Shown here in pieces: positions 40,742-52,300 of a stretch of DNA of 64,000 bases. The notes under the pieces were generated by a model, which worked only from the letters and a program-made list of their open reading frames with translations, did no database searches and was not told the DNA's origin. The position numbers and the translations under genes are program-made. The DNA lies in contig CAWFJM010000039.1 of the NCBI GenBank assembly GCA_963816015.1, positions 34,605 to 98,604 on the forward strand. The letters are read 5' to 3'. How positions within the stretch are numbered: the stretch's first letter is position 1; each line of letters begins with the position of its first letter. The stretch comes from an uncultured Planctomycetaceae bacterium. GTDB lineage: Bacteria > Planctomycetota > Planctomycetia > Isosphaerales > Isosphaeraceae.

Positions 40742-41816
40742 ATGAACGCCAAGCACCAGCACACGGCTCCAGACTCCGGGGCAAACGATCGGACGTTGTC
40801 GCAGGCTAACGGTAACGGGGCTTCGCGCCCGGAACCGCCGGCGTCCAATCCTGCGATTGTGGCCTTGCCCCGGGTCAAGCCTGGGCAGCCCGCGGCCGAA
40901 CTGATCCGGACGGCGTTGCGGGGGGCGATGGCCCGGATGGAAGCGGCCGATCCGGAGGCGCGGCGGGGTGAGGTCGAGGGGATTCATCGGCTCCGGACAT
41001 CCACCCGCCGACTCCGCAGCGAATTGCGCACGGTCCGTGACCTGGTGGAACAAGCCTGGCGCGTGCATCTCGAGCAAGAGCTCAAGTGGCTAGCCAGCAC
41101 GCTTGGGAGCGTGCGTGATCTAGACATACTTTGCCACCGCCTCCGATCGGCGAGCGAGCCGGCAGCGGGCCAGAATGGCACCGCGGCGGGATCCTCGAGG
41201 GCCAGTCAGAACGGCCCGCTTGAGCCTCTCTTTCACGACCTGCGGGAGCGGCATGCCGGGAACTGCGCGGGCCCTCCGCGAGGCCCTCCAGGGCGAGCGA
41301 TACCGGAATCTGCTCTCGGCGCTGGAGGCGTCGATCGCCGATCCCGCTCTGGAGGAAGAGGCGTGGGAGCCGTGCCGGACGGCGCTTCCCCCTTTGGCCG
41401 AGGCGGCCTGGCGCCGGCTCAGAAGCCGCGGCCGCGACCTCGAGCCCGACGCTCCCGACGCCGACTTTCACGAGGTCCGCAAGTCCGCCAAGCGCGCCCG
41501 CTACACCGCCGAGCTGATCGCACCAGCCCTGGGTCGCCGCGCCGATCGGCAGGCAAAGCGGTTCATCCGCCTGACCACCCAGCTCCAGGACGTCCTGGGC
41601 GAGCATCAGGACGCGATCGTCGCAGTCGCCGAGATCGAGCGGTTCCTCGCCGGCCATCCCCAACACGACGATTCCGTTCGCGCCGCGCGGCAGCTTCTGG
41701 AAGCCCAGCGCCTTGCCTCCCAGGCGACCCGCGCGAAGTTCTTCGCCGTCTGGAAGAAGCTCGATCGCAAGAAGTCGCTGCGGTGGTTCAAGGCTCGGAA
41801 GCACGCGAAGGCCTGA
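40742..41816 (+). CDS. CHAD domain protein (one apparent frameshift)
   Basis: IHRLRTSTRRLRS, HEVRKSAKRARY, LQDVLGEHQD. Confidence 0.88.
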
Positions 41817-42009
41817 GCGGCCGACCGGGCGCGGGGCCGATCCCTGCTGAGTCGCGTGAGCCTGGGTTCGCGAGTGCGCCCGGGCGGCACCGCGCCACCC
41901 GCGCTCTCATGGCTCGCTTGAATGGATCATCGACCTCACGATAAGATCATGAGGTTGGCCACTCCGGCCCGATGCTCCGGCCTGCAAGCTCTCAAGGTCC
42001 TTAACCGTC

Positions 42010-42993
42010 ATGCCCGACAGCGACTATTACGAAGTTCTGGGCGTTGCCCGCGACGCCACGCCGGAGGCCATCAAGAAGGCCTATCGCGGGATGGCGCGGA
42101 AGCACCATCCCGACGTCAATCCGGGCGACAAGACGGCCGAGAAGAAGTTCAAGGAAGTCCAGCAAGCCTACGATATCCTCTCGGACCCCGAGAAGCGGGC
42201 TCTCTACGATCGCTACGGCAGCGCCGCGTTCGAGGGCATGGCCGCGGCCGGACCGCGCACCAGCGCCTCGGAATGGACCGCACGCTTTGGCGAGCCGGGT
42301 TACGAGACGATCGACTTCTCCGAGTTCTTCGGACCGTTCAGCCAGGCTGGCGGGGGAGGGGGAACTGCTCATGATGCCGAGGGAGGCGCTGGCATCTTCG
42401 AGGACCTGCTGGGCCGGATGAGATCGTCGCGCGGATCCAAGCCGCGTGGAGGGCGATCCATCGAGGCTCATCTTCCTATCCCCTTCCTGACCGCCGTCCG
42501 CGGCGGCGAGACCTCGATCAACATCCAGCGCGGAGACGGCAAGACGGAGAACCTCGTTGTCAAGATTCCTCCCGGCGTGGACACCGGGTCCAAGCTCCGG
42601 CTCAAGGGACAGGGGGAACCTGGTGCCAAGGGAGCCCAGCGGGGCGATCTGACGATCATCATCACCGTAGAGCCCCATCCCTACTTCAAGCGCGAGGATC
42701 GCAACCTCGTGATCGAGGTGCCGATCACCGTTTCCGAGGCGATCCTCGGGGCCAGGATCGAGGTCCCCTCGCTGGACGGCATGAAGTCGCTTACCGTCCC
42801 CCCTGGAAGCTCCTCCGGCCTGAAGCTGCGGCTCAAGGGACAGGGCGTTCCCGCCGCGGGTGGAAAGCCGGAGGGGGACCTGCTCGTCCAGCTCAAGATC
42901 GTCGTGCCCAGGAACGTTGACGACACGAGCCGCAAGCTGATCCAGGAGTTCGCCGACCGCAACAAGCAAAATCCCCGGGCCGGTCTCAGGTGA
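42010..42993 (+). CDS. cbpA: DnaJ class B co-chaperone (CbpA-like)
   Basis: J-domain HPD motif, no zinc finger, DnaJ C-terminal domains. Confidence 0.88.
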   Translation: MPDSDYYEVLGVARDATPEAIKKAYRGMARKHHPDVNPGDKTAEKKFKEVQQAYDILSDPEKRALYDRYGSAAFEGMAAAGPRTSASEWTARFGEPGYETIDFSEFFGPFSQAGGGGGTAHDAEGGAGIFEDLLGRMRSSRGSKPRGGRSIEAHLPIPFLTAVRGGETSINIQRGDGKTENLVVKIPPGVDTGSKLRLKGQGEPGAKGAQRGDLTIIITVEPHPYFKREDRNLVIEVPITVSEAILGARIEVPSLDGMKSLTVPPGSSSGLKLRLKGQGVPAAGGKPEGDLLVQLKIVVPRNVDDTSRKLIQEFADRNKQNPRAGLR

Positions 42994-43027
42994 GCGACGA
43001 TCCTCTTGATGGCGAGGCGTTGAGCCC

Positions 43028-43152
43028 GGATTGCAGATTCCAGAGATTGCGGATTCCAGAGATCACAGATTCCAGGAATTAGGGCTCCAGGGAGTTTCCG
43101 AATCAAGACGTCCGGGATCTGGAGTTTGAAATCTGGAATCTCTGGAATCCGA
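43028..43152. repeat. Imperfect GATTCCA repeats followed by inverted TGGAATC copies
   Basis: Direct reading of the intergenic sequence. Confidence 0.65.
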
Positions 43153-43179
43153 AAAAGTCTCAGGCAGGCCGGATCGATC

Positions 43180-43509
43180 ATGACTCAACCCATTGTCCCC
43201 CGCGATCTTGTCGCCCGGCAACTGGCTGTTTCACCCCGGATGCTCGTCCGGTACGAGCGGCTGGGACTGGTCCATGTCACGCAGGAGGGTCAGGTCGAGG
43301 GCTATGAGCCTGCCCAGGTTCGCCGGCTCTGGACGATCATGAGCTTCCAGCGCGACCTGGGGATCAACCTCGCTGGCGTTGAGGTGATTCTCGGGCTCTG
43401 CGATCGGATGTCGGAGCTCCATAACCGGCTGGGGGGCCTGGCGAGCGAGATCCGCGAGATCCTTGAGGCCGAGGCAGGGTCGGGGTCGGGGACCGAGGAG
43501 CCGAGGTGA
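43180..43509 (+). CDS. CbpM/HspR-like MerR-type chaperone modulator
   Basis: RDLGINLAGVEVIL; located downstream of cbpA. Confidence 0.85.
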   Translation: MTQPIVPRDLVARQLAVSPRMLVRYERLGLVHVTQEGQVEGYEPAQVRRLWTIMSFQRDLGINLAGVEVILGLCDRMSELHNRLGGLASEIREILEAEAGSGSGTEEPR

Positions 43510-43576
43510 TCTCACCAGCGGGTCCTGCGAGCGAGCGGGCTGACGACTGAGGCCCCGCCCACGCTTCTCCTGGAGC

Positions 43577-43984
43577 ATGGCCACGATGACCCCGAGGGAG
43601 ACGTTCCGACCCCACGAGCGGATCAAGGACCCCGCGGACTTCCGCCGCGCCTTCGACAGGCGGCGATCGGTCTCCGATGAGGCGCTGATCGTCTACGGCG
43701 TCGAGAACGGCCTGGATCATCCCCGGCTCGGGATCTCGGTGTCGCGGAAGAAGGTCCGCCGGGCCACCGCGAGGAACCGGATCAAGCGGTTGATTCGCGA
43801 GGCCTTCCGGCTGGGCAAGGCCGAGTTGCCCTCCGGCGTCGACCTGGTCGTGCTGCCCCGCGGCGGCGAGCAGACCTTCGCCGAGGTCCAACACTCGCTC
43901 AAGACCCTGGGACGTGACGTGGCCCGGCGGCTGAGGATCCCGCCTTCCCCTCGATCCACTCCACCCACTGGTGCCGCACCGTGA
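43577..43984 (+). CDS. rnpA: Ribonuclease P protein component
   Basis: RLGISVSRKK..ATARNRIKRLIREAFR. Confidence 0.95.
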   Translation: MATMTPRETFRPHERIKDPADFRRAFDRRRSVSDEALIVYGVENGLDHPRLGISVSRKKVRRATARNRIKRLIREAFRLGKAELPSGVDLVVLPRGGEQTFAEVQHSLKTLGRDVARRLRIPPSPRSTPPTGAAP

Positions 43985-44235
43985 CCGGTCGTGGTCCTGA
44001 CTCCTGGCTCGCTTGGCCGGGTCGGATCGCCGTCGCCCTGCTGATCGGCCTGATTCGCGTCTACCAGTACACTCTCAGCCCATTGCTGGGCAACGTCTGC
44101 CGGTTCGAGCCCAGTTGCAGCCGCTACTTGGTCGAGTCGCTCAGGAAATACGGTCTCATCCGGGGGCTGCTCAAGGGCTTGCGTAGACTGTCCCACTGCC
44201 ATCCCTGGAACCCAGGGGGATACGATCCCCCGTGA
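43981..44235 (+). CDS. yidD: Membrane protein insertion efficiency factor
   Basis: CRFEPSCSRY, CHPWNPGGYDP. Confidence 0.95.
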   Translation: MTGRGPDSWLAWPGRIAVALLIGLIRVYQYTLSPLLGNVCRFEPSCSRYLVESLRKYGLIRGLLKGLRRLSHCHPWNPGGYDPP

Positions 44236-44353
44236 AAGCCCGGAGCGCACTTGCTCGCCCGCCCCGAACGACTTACCGTGAAGCCAGGGGATCCGGTGAT
44301 GATGCCGGCACTGCGTCGACGCCACCTCCCGCATCATGAGAGGCCAGGCATCC

Positions 44354-45116
44354 ATGGAACCTCCAAGCCCCAATCCCATCTCCCAGGTTCCGGAAGGCGA
44401 CCGGACCATCGTCCTGGACGGGCCGGCGAACGAGGCGGCGTACCAGATCGTCCGCGAGTCGATGCTCAAGCTCTGGGATGTGGTCGATAGCCTGTACAAG
44501 CTGCGACCGAAGCGATCGGATCGGTATCACGTGACGATCTTCGGCTCGGCACGGATCCTGCCGGGAACTCCGCTCTACGAGGATGTGCGGAAGCTCGCGC
44601 GGGAGCTTGCGACGATTGGCTGCGACATCGTGACGGGGGGCGGACCGGGGCTGATGCAGGCCGCAAACTCGGGCGCGATCGAGTCGGGTCCCCGGGGTCG
44701 GGAGCAGTCGATCGGCATCCGCGTGGACCTGGACTTCGAGCAGGGCGACCAACGCGTTCGTCGGCCAGATTTTCCAGCACCGTACGTTCTTCTCACGCCT
44801 CCACCACTTCGTCATGCTCTCCAACGCGTTCGTCGTCGTGCCCGGCGGCATCGGCACCAGCCTGGAGACCATGATGATCTGGCAGCTCCTCCAGGTTCGC
44901 AAGCTCTATGACACCCCCCTGATCCTGGTCGGGCCCATGTGGCTCGAACTGGTGCACTGGGCGACGGCGAACATGATCGATTCGTCCGAGACGCGACTGG
45001 CCGATCCGGTCGACATGATGATCCCCCGATGCGTTCCCACCGTCGACGAGGCCGTGGCCTTGATTCGCGACCACCACGCTGCCTGGATGGCCACCGCCGA
45101 ATCGGACGTGCACTGA
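44354..45116 (+). CDS. LOG family protein (one apparent frameshift ~44748)
   Basis: IFGSAR, TGGGPGLMQAAN, VPGGIGT. Confidence 0.88.
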
Positions 45117-46504
45117 ATTCCAACCCCGACGAACTCAGGACCACACCATGAGACCCACGCGAGCCCTCTGCCATTCCATCCGGTTCCCTCAGCTTCTGAC
45201 ATCGATTCTTGCACTGAGCGTGGCCGCTGCCGGTGACGAGATCCGGCTGTCAGCCCTGGATCTGGGCGCTGCAACCCAGGGGTGGGGGAGCCCCAGGCCG
45301 ACAGGTCGGTCGAAAACCATCCGCTCATGATTGGCGGTCGGACCTTCGACCACGGCTTTAGAACCCACGCCGACTCGCGGCTGGTGCTCGACCTTAAGCG
45401 GGGCGTCACATGACCTCTAGGGGAATTCTTGTCACCCGTTTTGTTAGAATGGAAGGAGCTTTACTGCATGGAGGTCTAGCCATGTCACGCCCCTTGAGTG
45501 CTCGGAAGCCGACCCCGTCCGAACTCCATCGTGTCCATCGATGGCTCGAGAAGTCTCTGCAACCTTGGCAACGCCGCCGCGCCGAAGTGCTGCTCCTCCA
45601 CGCCGCCGGTCTCCCCGCCTCGGCGATGGCCGGGCTGCTCCAGGTGCATGCCAACACCGTGTATGCCGACCTCCGCGACTTCGCCCGGCACGGCCTGTCC
45701 TCGCTCAGCCGGCCGCGCACCGTCGGGGCTCCGCCGAGCCTCTCCGGCGAGCAGATCGCGACCATCCGGCAGGTGGCCGGCCAGCCGCCCACGGCCTTGG
45801 GCTTGCCGTTCGGCCGCTGGAGCCTGGCCAAGTTGCGCGAGTACCTCCTCCGGCGGCGGGTCGTCGAGGCGATCAGCCGCGAGCACCTCCGCCGGGTGCT
45901 GAAAAAAGGGGGTACACCTGCGCCGCATCGAGCGCAAGCTCTCCAGCGACGACCCCAATCGGCGGGTGATCCTGCACCGGCTGAGGTCGTGGTGGCGGCA
46001 CCGGCCCCGGGGCGCCATCCTCGCCTTCTTCGATATCAAGCCGATCGCCGTCAAGGCGTATGGCGGCCGATGTTACACCACTGCCAAACGCCTGGTGTTG
46101 CAGCGGAACCAGAAGACCCGAGGGCGTTTCTACCTGTACCTGCTCTACGAGGTGAACCATGGTCGCGTCCACTGGGCCTTCTTCCCCGGAAAGGGGGCGG
46201 CGTATGTGTGCCGTTTCATGCGGAAAATCCGCGATTGGTATCCCGATCAGCCGGTGCGGATCGCCTTGGATCGCGATCCGGCGCACCCGATCAAGGCCCG
46301 GATGACGCGAGCCATGATGCGCCGGTTGGGCCTGCAGATGGACGAGTTTGCCGAAGCGAAGCCCGGACGATAACCCGGATGAAACGATCTTCAGTGGTAT
46401 ACAGCAGAGCGTCCTGGACACCAGCAACGACCCCGACGAGAGGACGACCCGAGGGCGGATCAGCAGCTACCTGAAGGCACGAAACCGCCGTCGTGACCGC
46501 TTAT

Positions 46505-46844
46505 TGTGCATGCTGGGAGGGTCAAAACCTCGCTTCAGGGAAGGCTTCAGCGTTCTTGGCCACTCGCCAGGGAGGGATCGAGGGAACTCGGCCGTACGAC
46601 CTCGGAGCCTCTTCATACGGTTAAGCCTCGTTCAGCGAGTGCTGGTTATCTGATGAAGCCTGGGACCTTAGTCATGCGGTCGGCCTGGGACGAGGTTGAT
46701 GGGAGACGGGGCTGAAACGTGGTCGTGTTGACCTGAAGGAGCTTCAGCCCACCTTGGGTGGGATACCTTCGGCCGAGCTTTGCTCGGAACTGGACTTGAG
46801 TCCTGAACAACGAAGCCCACGCCTTTAGGCGGGGGAGCATTCAC
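46505..46844 (+). mobile_element. ORF-less IS200/IS605-like element, copy 1
   Basis: Left-end hairpin after GTCAAAACC; right-end hairpin GAAGCCCACGCCTTTAGGCGGGGGAG..TTCAC; preceded by TTAT; no TSD seen. Confidence 0.7.
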
Positions 46845-47185
46845 TGTCGCATGCTGGGAGGGTCAAAACCCTCGCCTTCAGGCGAAGGCTTCAGCGTTCT
46901 TGGCCACTCGCCTGGGACGAATAGTGGGAGCTCGGCTCGTACGACGTCGGAGCCAGTTCCTTACGGTTGAGCCCCTTGCATCGGGTCTGTTTGTCTGATG
47001 GAGCCTGGGACGTTAGTCATGTGTCGGTCTCGGACTAGTTTGAGTGGAGCCGGAGCTGAAGCGAGATCGCGTTAACCTGAAAGAGTTTCAGCTCACCTCG
47101 GGTGGGAGTCTTCGGTGAGCTTTGTTTGGAACTGGATTGAGTTCTGAACAACGAAGTTCATGTTTTTAGGTGGGGGAGCATTTAT
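46845..47185 (+). mobile_element. ORF-less IS200/IS605-like element, copy 2 (head-to-tail, diverged)
   Basis: Collinear with copy 1; left hairpin CCTCGCCTTCAGGCGAAGG; 3' part differs mostly by C-to-T. Confidence 0.7.
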
Positions 47186-49304
47186 TTGTATTTTTTTTCT
47201 TGATGTTAGAAAAAGGGATAATTATAGGAATTAGGTGATAAATTCTCATAGCAATTTTGTGAGTGCTCAAGGGCTCGGCCCGCCGGTTCACCGCGTGGGT
47301 CGGATTGGATGACGAGACCAACGGCCAGGGATCGGTCGAGTTCCGCGTGATCGGCAACGGCAAGACGCTCTGGTCGAGCGGCGTGATGAGGGGGAAGCAA
47401 CCGGCCAAGGATGTGGTCGTGGACCTCTCGGGCATCAAGAAGGTGATTCTCCAGGTGAGTGACACCGGCGACGGCATGAATAACGACCACGCCGACTGGG
47501 CCGGCGCAAGCATCACCTACGATGGCGCCAGGCCGGAGATCCAGAAGTACCACGAGCCGGCGTTCATCCTCACGCCGAAGCCCTCGCCCCGGCCGCGGAT
47601 CAACGGCGCGAAGGTGGTTGGGGTTCGGCCCGGCAGCCCGTTCCTCTTCAGGATCGCCGCCACGGGCGAACGTCCGCTCGTCTACAAGGTCGAGGGCCTG
47701 CCGGAAGGGCTCCATCTCGATCCGGCAACCGGCATCATCACCGGACGCTCAGATGCCCGGGGTGACCACAGGGTCAGGGTCACCGTGAGCAACAGTTCCG
47801 GCAAGGCAAGTCGCGACCTGCGGATCGCCGTGGGCGACCGCCTGGCCCTCACGCCGCCCATGGGCTGGAACTCCTGGAACTGCTTCGCCAGCGCCGTGAC
47901 CGAGAAGAATGTCCGCGACGCGGCCGACGCGTTCGTCCGGGCCGGCCTCCGCGACCACGGCTGGACGTATATCAACATCGACGATTTCTGGACGCCCAAG
48001 AACGAGGACAAGGACCCGACCCTGCACGGACCCGATCGCGACCCCAGCGGCAAGATCAACCCCAACCCCCGGTTTCCGGACATGAAGGCCCTCACCGAGT
48101 ACATCCACACCCAGGGCTTGAAGGCTGGCCTCTATTCCTCACCCGGCCCCAAGACCTGCGGCGGATGCGTGGCCAGTTACAAGCACGAGAAGGAAGACGC
48201 CGAGCGGTTCGCCGAGTGGGGTTTCGACTACCTCAAGTACGACTGGTGCAGCTACGGCGACGTCGAGAAAGGAACTGGCCGCGATTACTACAAGAAGCCC
48301 TATGACCTGATGGGCCGGATGCTCCGGGCGCAGCACCGCGACATCGTCTTCAGCCTCTGCCAGTACGGCATGGACAACGTCTGGGAGTGGGGCGGCGAGG
48401 TGGACGGCAACTGCTGGCGCACCACCGGCGACATCACCGACTCGTGGGGCAGCATGGCGGGCATCGGCTTCAACCAGGCCGGCCACGAGAAGTACGCCCA
48501 GCCCGGCCGCTGGAACGATCCCGACATGCTCGTCGTGGGCTGGGTCGGCTGGGGCCCCGCGCTCCATCCCACGCACCTGACGCCGAACGAGCAATACACC
48601 CACATCAGCCTCTGGTCGCTCCTCGCCTCCCCGCTCCTGATCGGTTGCGACCTGACCAAGCTCGACGATTTCACCTTGAACCTCCTGACCAATGACGAGG
48701 TCCTCGACGTCAACCAGGATCCCCTGGGCATGCAGGCTCACCGTGTCTTCAAGCGCGACGACGTCGAGGTCTGGGCCAGGCCTCTCGAGGATGGTTCCTT
48801 AGCCGTCGGCCTGTTCAATCTGGGCGAGGACGAAGCGCCCGTGACCGTGCGCTGGAGCGAGCTCGAGCTCAAGAGTCCCCAGCACGTCGCGACCTCTGGC
48901 GGCAGAAAGACCTGAGGTCGAGCCCGATGGCTTCACCGCCAGCGTGCCCCGCCACGGGGTGGTGCTGATCAAGGTCGGGACAGGTTCCTAGTTGATCCGT
49001 CAAACTTCGATCGGCGGGTTGACGACACTCTGAATTGCATCCAACGCGCCCAATACGTCGTTCGGACTGCGTCGTCAACCTTTAGAGTTTGCCGAATCGA
49101 GCGCAAGCCGGCCTGGGTTTCTCTATAATCGCCTTCAGCCGTTCACCAGTTTTCCATGAATGCAGACTCACAGAACACGATGACACTACCAAGCGGAGGC
49201 GCTGTATGAACAACCAAGAGAACCAGCCAGTTGTCACGCAGCAGACCCTCGCACAGAACGAGGCGGTAGAGAACGTCCTCGACCGTTTTAAAGAAGCCGA
49301 GATA

Positions 49305-52300
49305 TACTTTACCCGGCCAGGAGATGAGATCTAAAGGTCTGGAGACGAGCGTCAGAAAAGCTTGATTGACGACTTGTGCTCGTCCACCATCGAGGCACCG
49401 CGATGCTGCCTTGAACCGGGTGAAGTCTCATAGTACCGGCAGGACAGGACCTCCTTCTTGACGAACTTCCATAGTCGCTCGATCAGGTTCAGGTTCGGCG
49501 AGTACGCCGGGAGGAAGATTGACTGGATCCGTAGCTCCTTGGCCAACTGTCGGACCAGGGCACATCGCTGGTAGCGGGCGTTGTCCAGGACCAACGTCAA
49601 CGGCAGCCACGCGTACCGCGCCGCTAGCGCGCGGAGCAATTCGCAGACTGCCTCGGCGTTGATCACCGTGTCGTTGCAGATGGTGGTCAGCTCATGCGTG
49701 ACCGCGTCGATGGCACCTAGCCCATGTTTGGGGTTGGTCGACGTAAGTCATTGGCAGGTAAGGGGCGAATTTTCAGATTGTCACTACATCACGGTTTTTT
49801 CGTGATCCGGCGGGTCCGGCGGCCTGAGCTCCGTTACGCCCAGTGCCTTCAGGACTCGCCGCGCGTCGGGGCAGCCTCCGCTGACTCCTCGCCGCTCGGG
49901 CTCATCGTCCAGGCGAAGTGTCACCAGCCGAAGCGTACTGAGGGCTTGCATCGCCCGCTCGGGAGAGAAATCTATCCCCGCCTCCTCGAGCCGGCGGTGC
50001 AGGAGCCGCTGCACCAGCAGAGCTAATGCCGCTACGAAAATATGTGCCTTCACTCGCGGCTCTATCTGATGATAGATCGGCCGCATGGCCAGTACGTCCT
50101 TGAGCTGACGGAACCCACGCTCGACATCGCTCAAGTCCTTGTAGATCGCCACCACCTCCAGCACGCTGAGCGCGGACTCGCTCGTGGCGATCACGTACTT
50201 GCCTTCGATCCCCTGCTCACTGGCCAGGCCCTTGGTGTTCTCGAAGTAGCGGAAAGAGCCCCGCTCCAGAGCCCACGAATAGTAGCGGTAGCCGTGGTTC
50301 CGTTGCAGCAGACGCTCGGCGGCGGCCCCAATCTTCGCGGGCTGTTTCAACTTCCCGGCCGTCACACGCCCCTGGAGCTTCTCCAGCGCTCGCCGTGTCC
50401 GTTCCATGGCCCTCTGACGCATGGCTTGCTCATACTCGCGACGCTCGTCGGAATCCACGATGATCACTCGCAAGCCATCGACTCCAGAGGGGATCTCTTG
50501 CGCCCGGGTGCGCGGTGGATTCGTCTTTTCCCGCGCGGTGATCCCCACCGGGCAAGTGATCCACCTCGAGTCGTCAAGGGTACCGAGCCACTTGGTCAGC
50601 TTCGCGTTTCTCCGCCGCTTCAGGCCGACAAGGTAGCCGTGCTTCTCAGTGGTGATCGCTTCAAGATTGTCATTGGTGACCATACCTCGATCGCCGACGA
50701 AGACCAGGCGATTGAAGCCGAAGCGCTGGTGCAAGTCGCGGATTGCCCGTTGTACGGTCTGGTGGTCGACCTCGTTGCCTTCCCAGACATGATGAGCGAT
50801 CGGCCAGCCGGCGACCATCACGACTCCGACGATCACCTGGACGTTATGCGGCTTGCCGTCGCGGCTGTGGCCGTGTTTGGCGAAGTCGGCCGGGCCGGCA
50901 CCCTCGAAGTAGGTGCTGGTGATGTCATAGAGCACCAAATCCGGCTTGAAGCTGAACAGGTCGCGGAGGCGGTGATAAAGAGCCACCTCGATCCGTTCCT
51001 TGGCCGCCACGAGCTGATCGAGAGTCCGATACCACGCCTCCAGTTGGCGGAAGTCGACCCGGACTCGCTGGTGCTGGTTCCAACGGGGAACAAACCGGCG
51101 GCCTGGGCGGTCACAGACGAAGTCGGTCTCCAGCCAACCCGCCAGGCCGTGCTCACTGGAGGGGTGAATCAGCCGATTGGCGATGAGCACGAAGGCTCGG
51201 TCGGTAAACGGCACGCCCTTGGCTTTGCCGAGCGTCTTATCGAGGATCGCCCACAATCCCAGCTGATCGAACAGGGTCCGAACAGCGAGGACAGGTCCCC
51301 AGGTGGAGGCATCAAGGATATCGGGGTCTTTGCCCTCAGAGGTCGCCGAGCCGACATCCTGGCCGAGCAAGCGTTTCAGCTTGGGAAACAGTTCCGCGAG
51401 CAAGTCTTTGCGGCCCAGATCGGCAACGGTGCGTTGCTTGACCTTGCCGTGGTCGCGATAGGCCTCGACCACGCGGACGTACTCGTTCAGAGCACCGCTG
51501 GAGGACCGGACTTTGATGGTTCTCAGGTACATGTCGTGAAGTATCACGACGGAAGGCGCCGAAATCAAGGCGAATTCATGGAGAAAAACCGCAGAATCGC
51601 GACGATATTGTCACTACGCTTTTCGGGAAATGCGAGGTGCCGCCCTCGCCAAACCCGGGAAAACAGAGGAAATCCGAGTGACGCGAGGCTCGCCGAGCTC
51701 GATTTCACCCCAAACATGGGCTAGGACGTTGAACCGCTTCCGCCCGAGGGGCCGCGCATCAGCAGCCGGACGAAGCACCAGAGGTAGCCGAGGTATGGGC
51801 CGTGGACGAAGTGGGCGGCATCGCCGAAGCAGACCACCCGCCGCAGCCGCTGGCCTGTCGCAGGCGGGGCCAGAGCTCCCCGTCGAGGAACGCCCGTTGC
51901 TCGTCGGCGTCAGCTTTGGCCGGGATCATGCCGAGCTTGCGGCACTCATCCCCATCCCCGTGAGGAACTTGCGGACCTGGGGCAGCCCGCGGCGGATGCC
52001 GTGATCCGCTCGATGTCGGCGGCGGCTTGGAGCGGCCGACCGCGGCGGGTTCTTGCGGAAGTAGTCCTCCAACTCCTCGCGATGGTCGGCCAGTCCGCTG
52101 ACCGGGCCTGGCGAAGTCGAAGCGCTTCAGCCGCTCGATGCCCCCTTCCTGGAACTGGCGGAGGTAGCTGCGCAGGGTGCTCTCGGAGATCCGCGAGAGT
52201 CGGCAGATCTCCTTGTGGGGCAAGCCTTGGCTCTTGAGGTAGACGGCCTCCATCTTCTCCTGCACCCGGGGGTGAGGATGATGGAACCGCTGGTGGTGGA

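Larger units (their letters stand above)
45395..47267 (+). mobile_element. IS630-family element (transposase from 45482, A6G slippery site 45902-45908); ends approximate
   Basis: HTH ORF ending LKKGG; catalytic ORF FDIKP, LDRDPAH, PKRSPDDNPDE. Confidence 0.8.
45148..48991 (+). pseudogene. Secreted GH27 alpha-galactosidase with NPCBM and Ig-like domains, interrupted by IS630
   Basis: Signal peptide and start of NPCBM (45148-45394) continue at ~47268 (KGSARRFTAWVG); TPPMGWNSWN, YLKYDWC, WNDPDML. Confidence 0.88.

Noticed and set aside
46505-47185. Diverged repeat pair as DGR template/variable repeats or a retron
   Set aside because: No reverse transcriptase in the window, and the differences are not adenine-specific
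37243-49720. Segment already inverted between the IS1634 copies
   Set aside because: Each copy has matching flanks (MFS/MFS and IS630/IS630)
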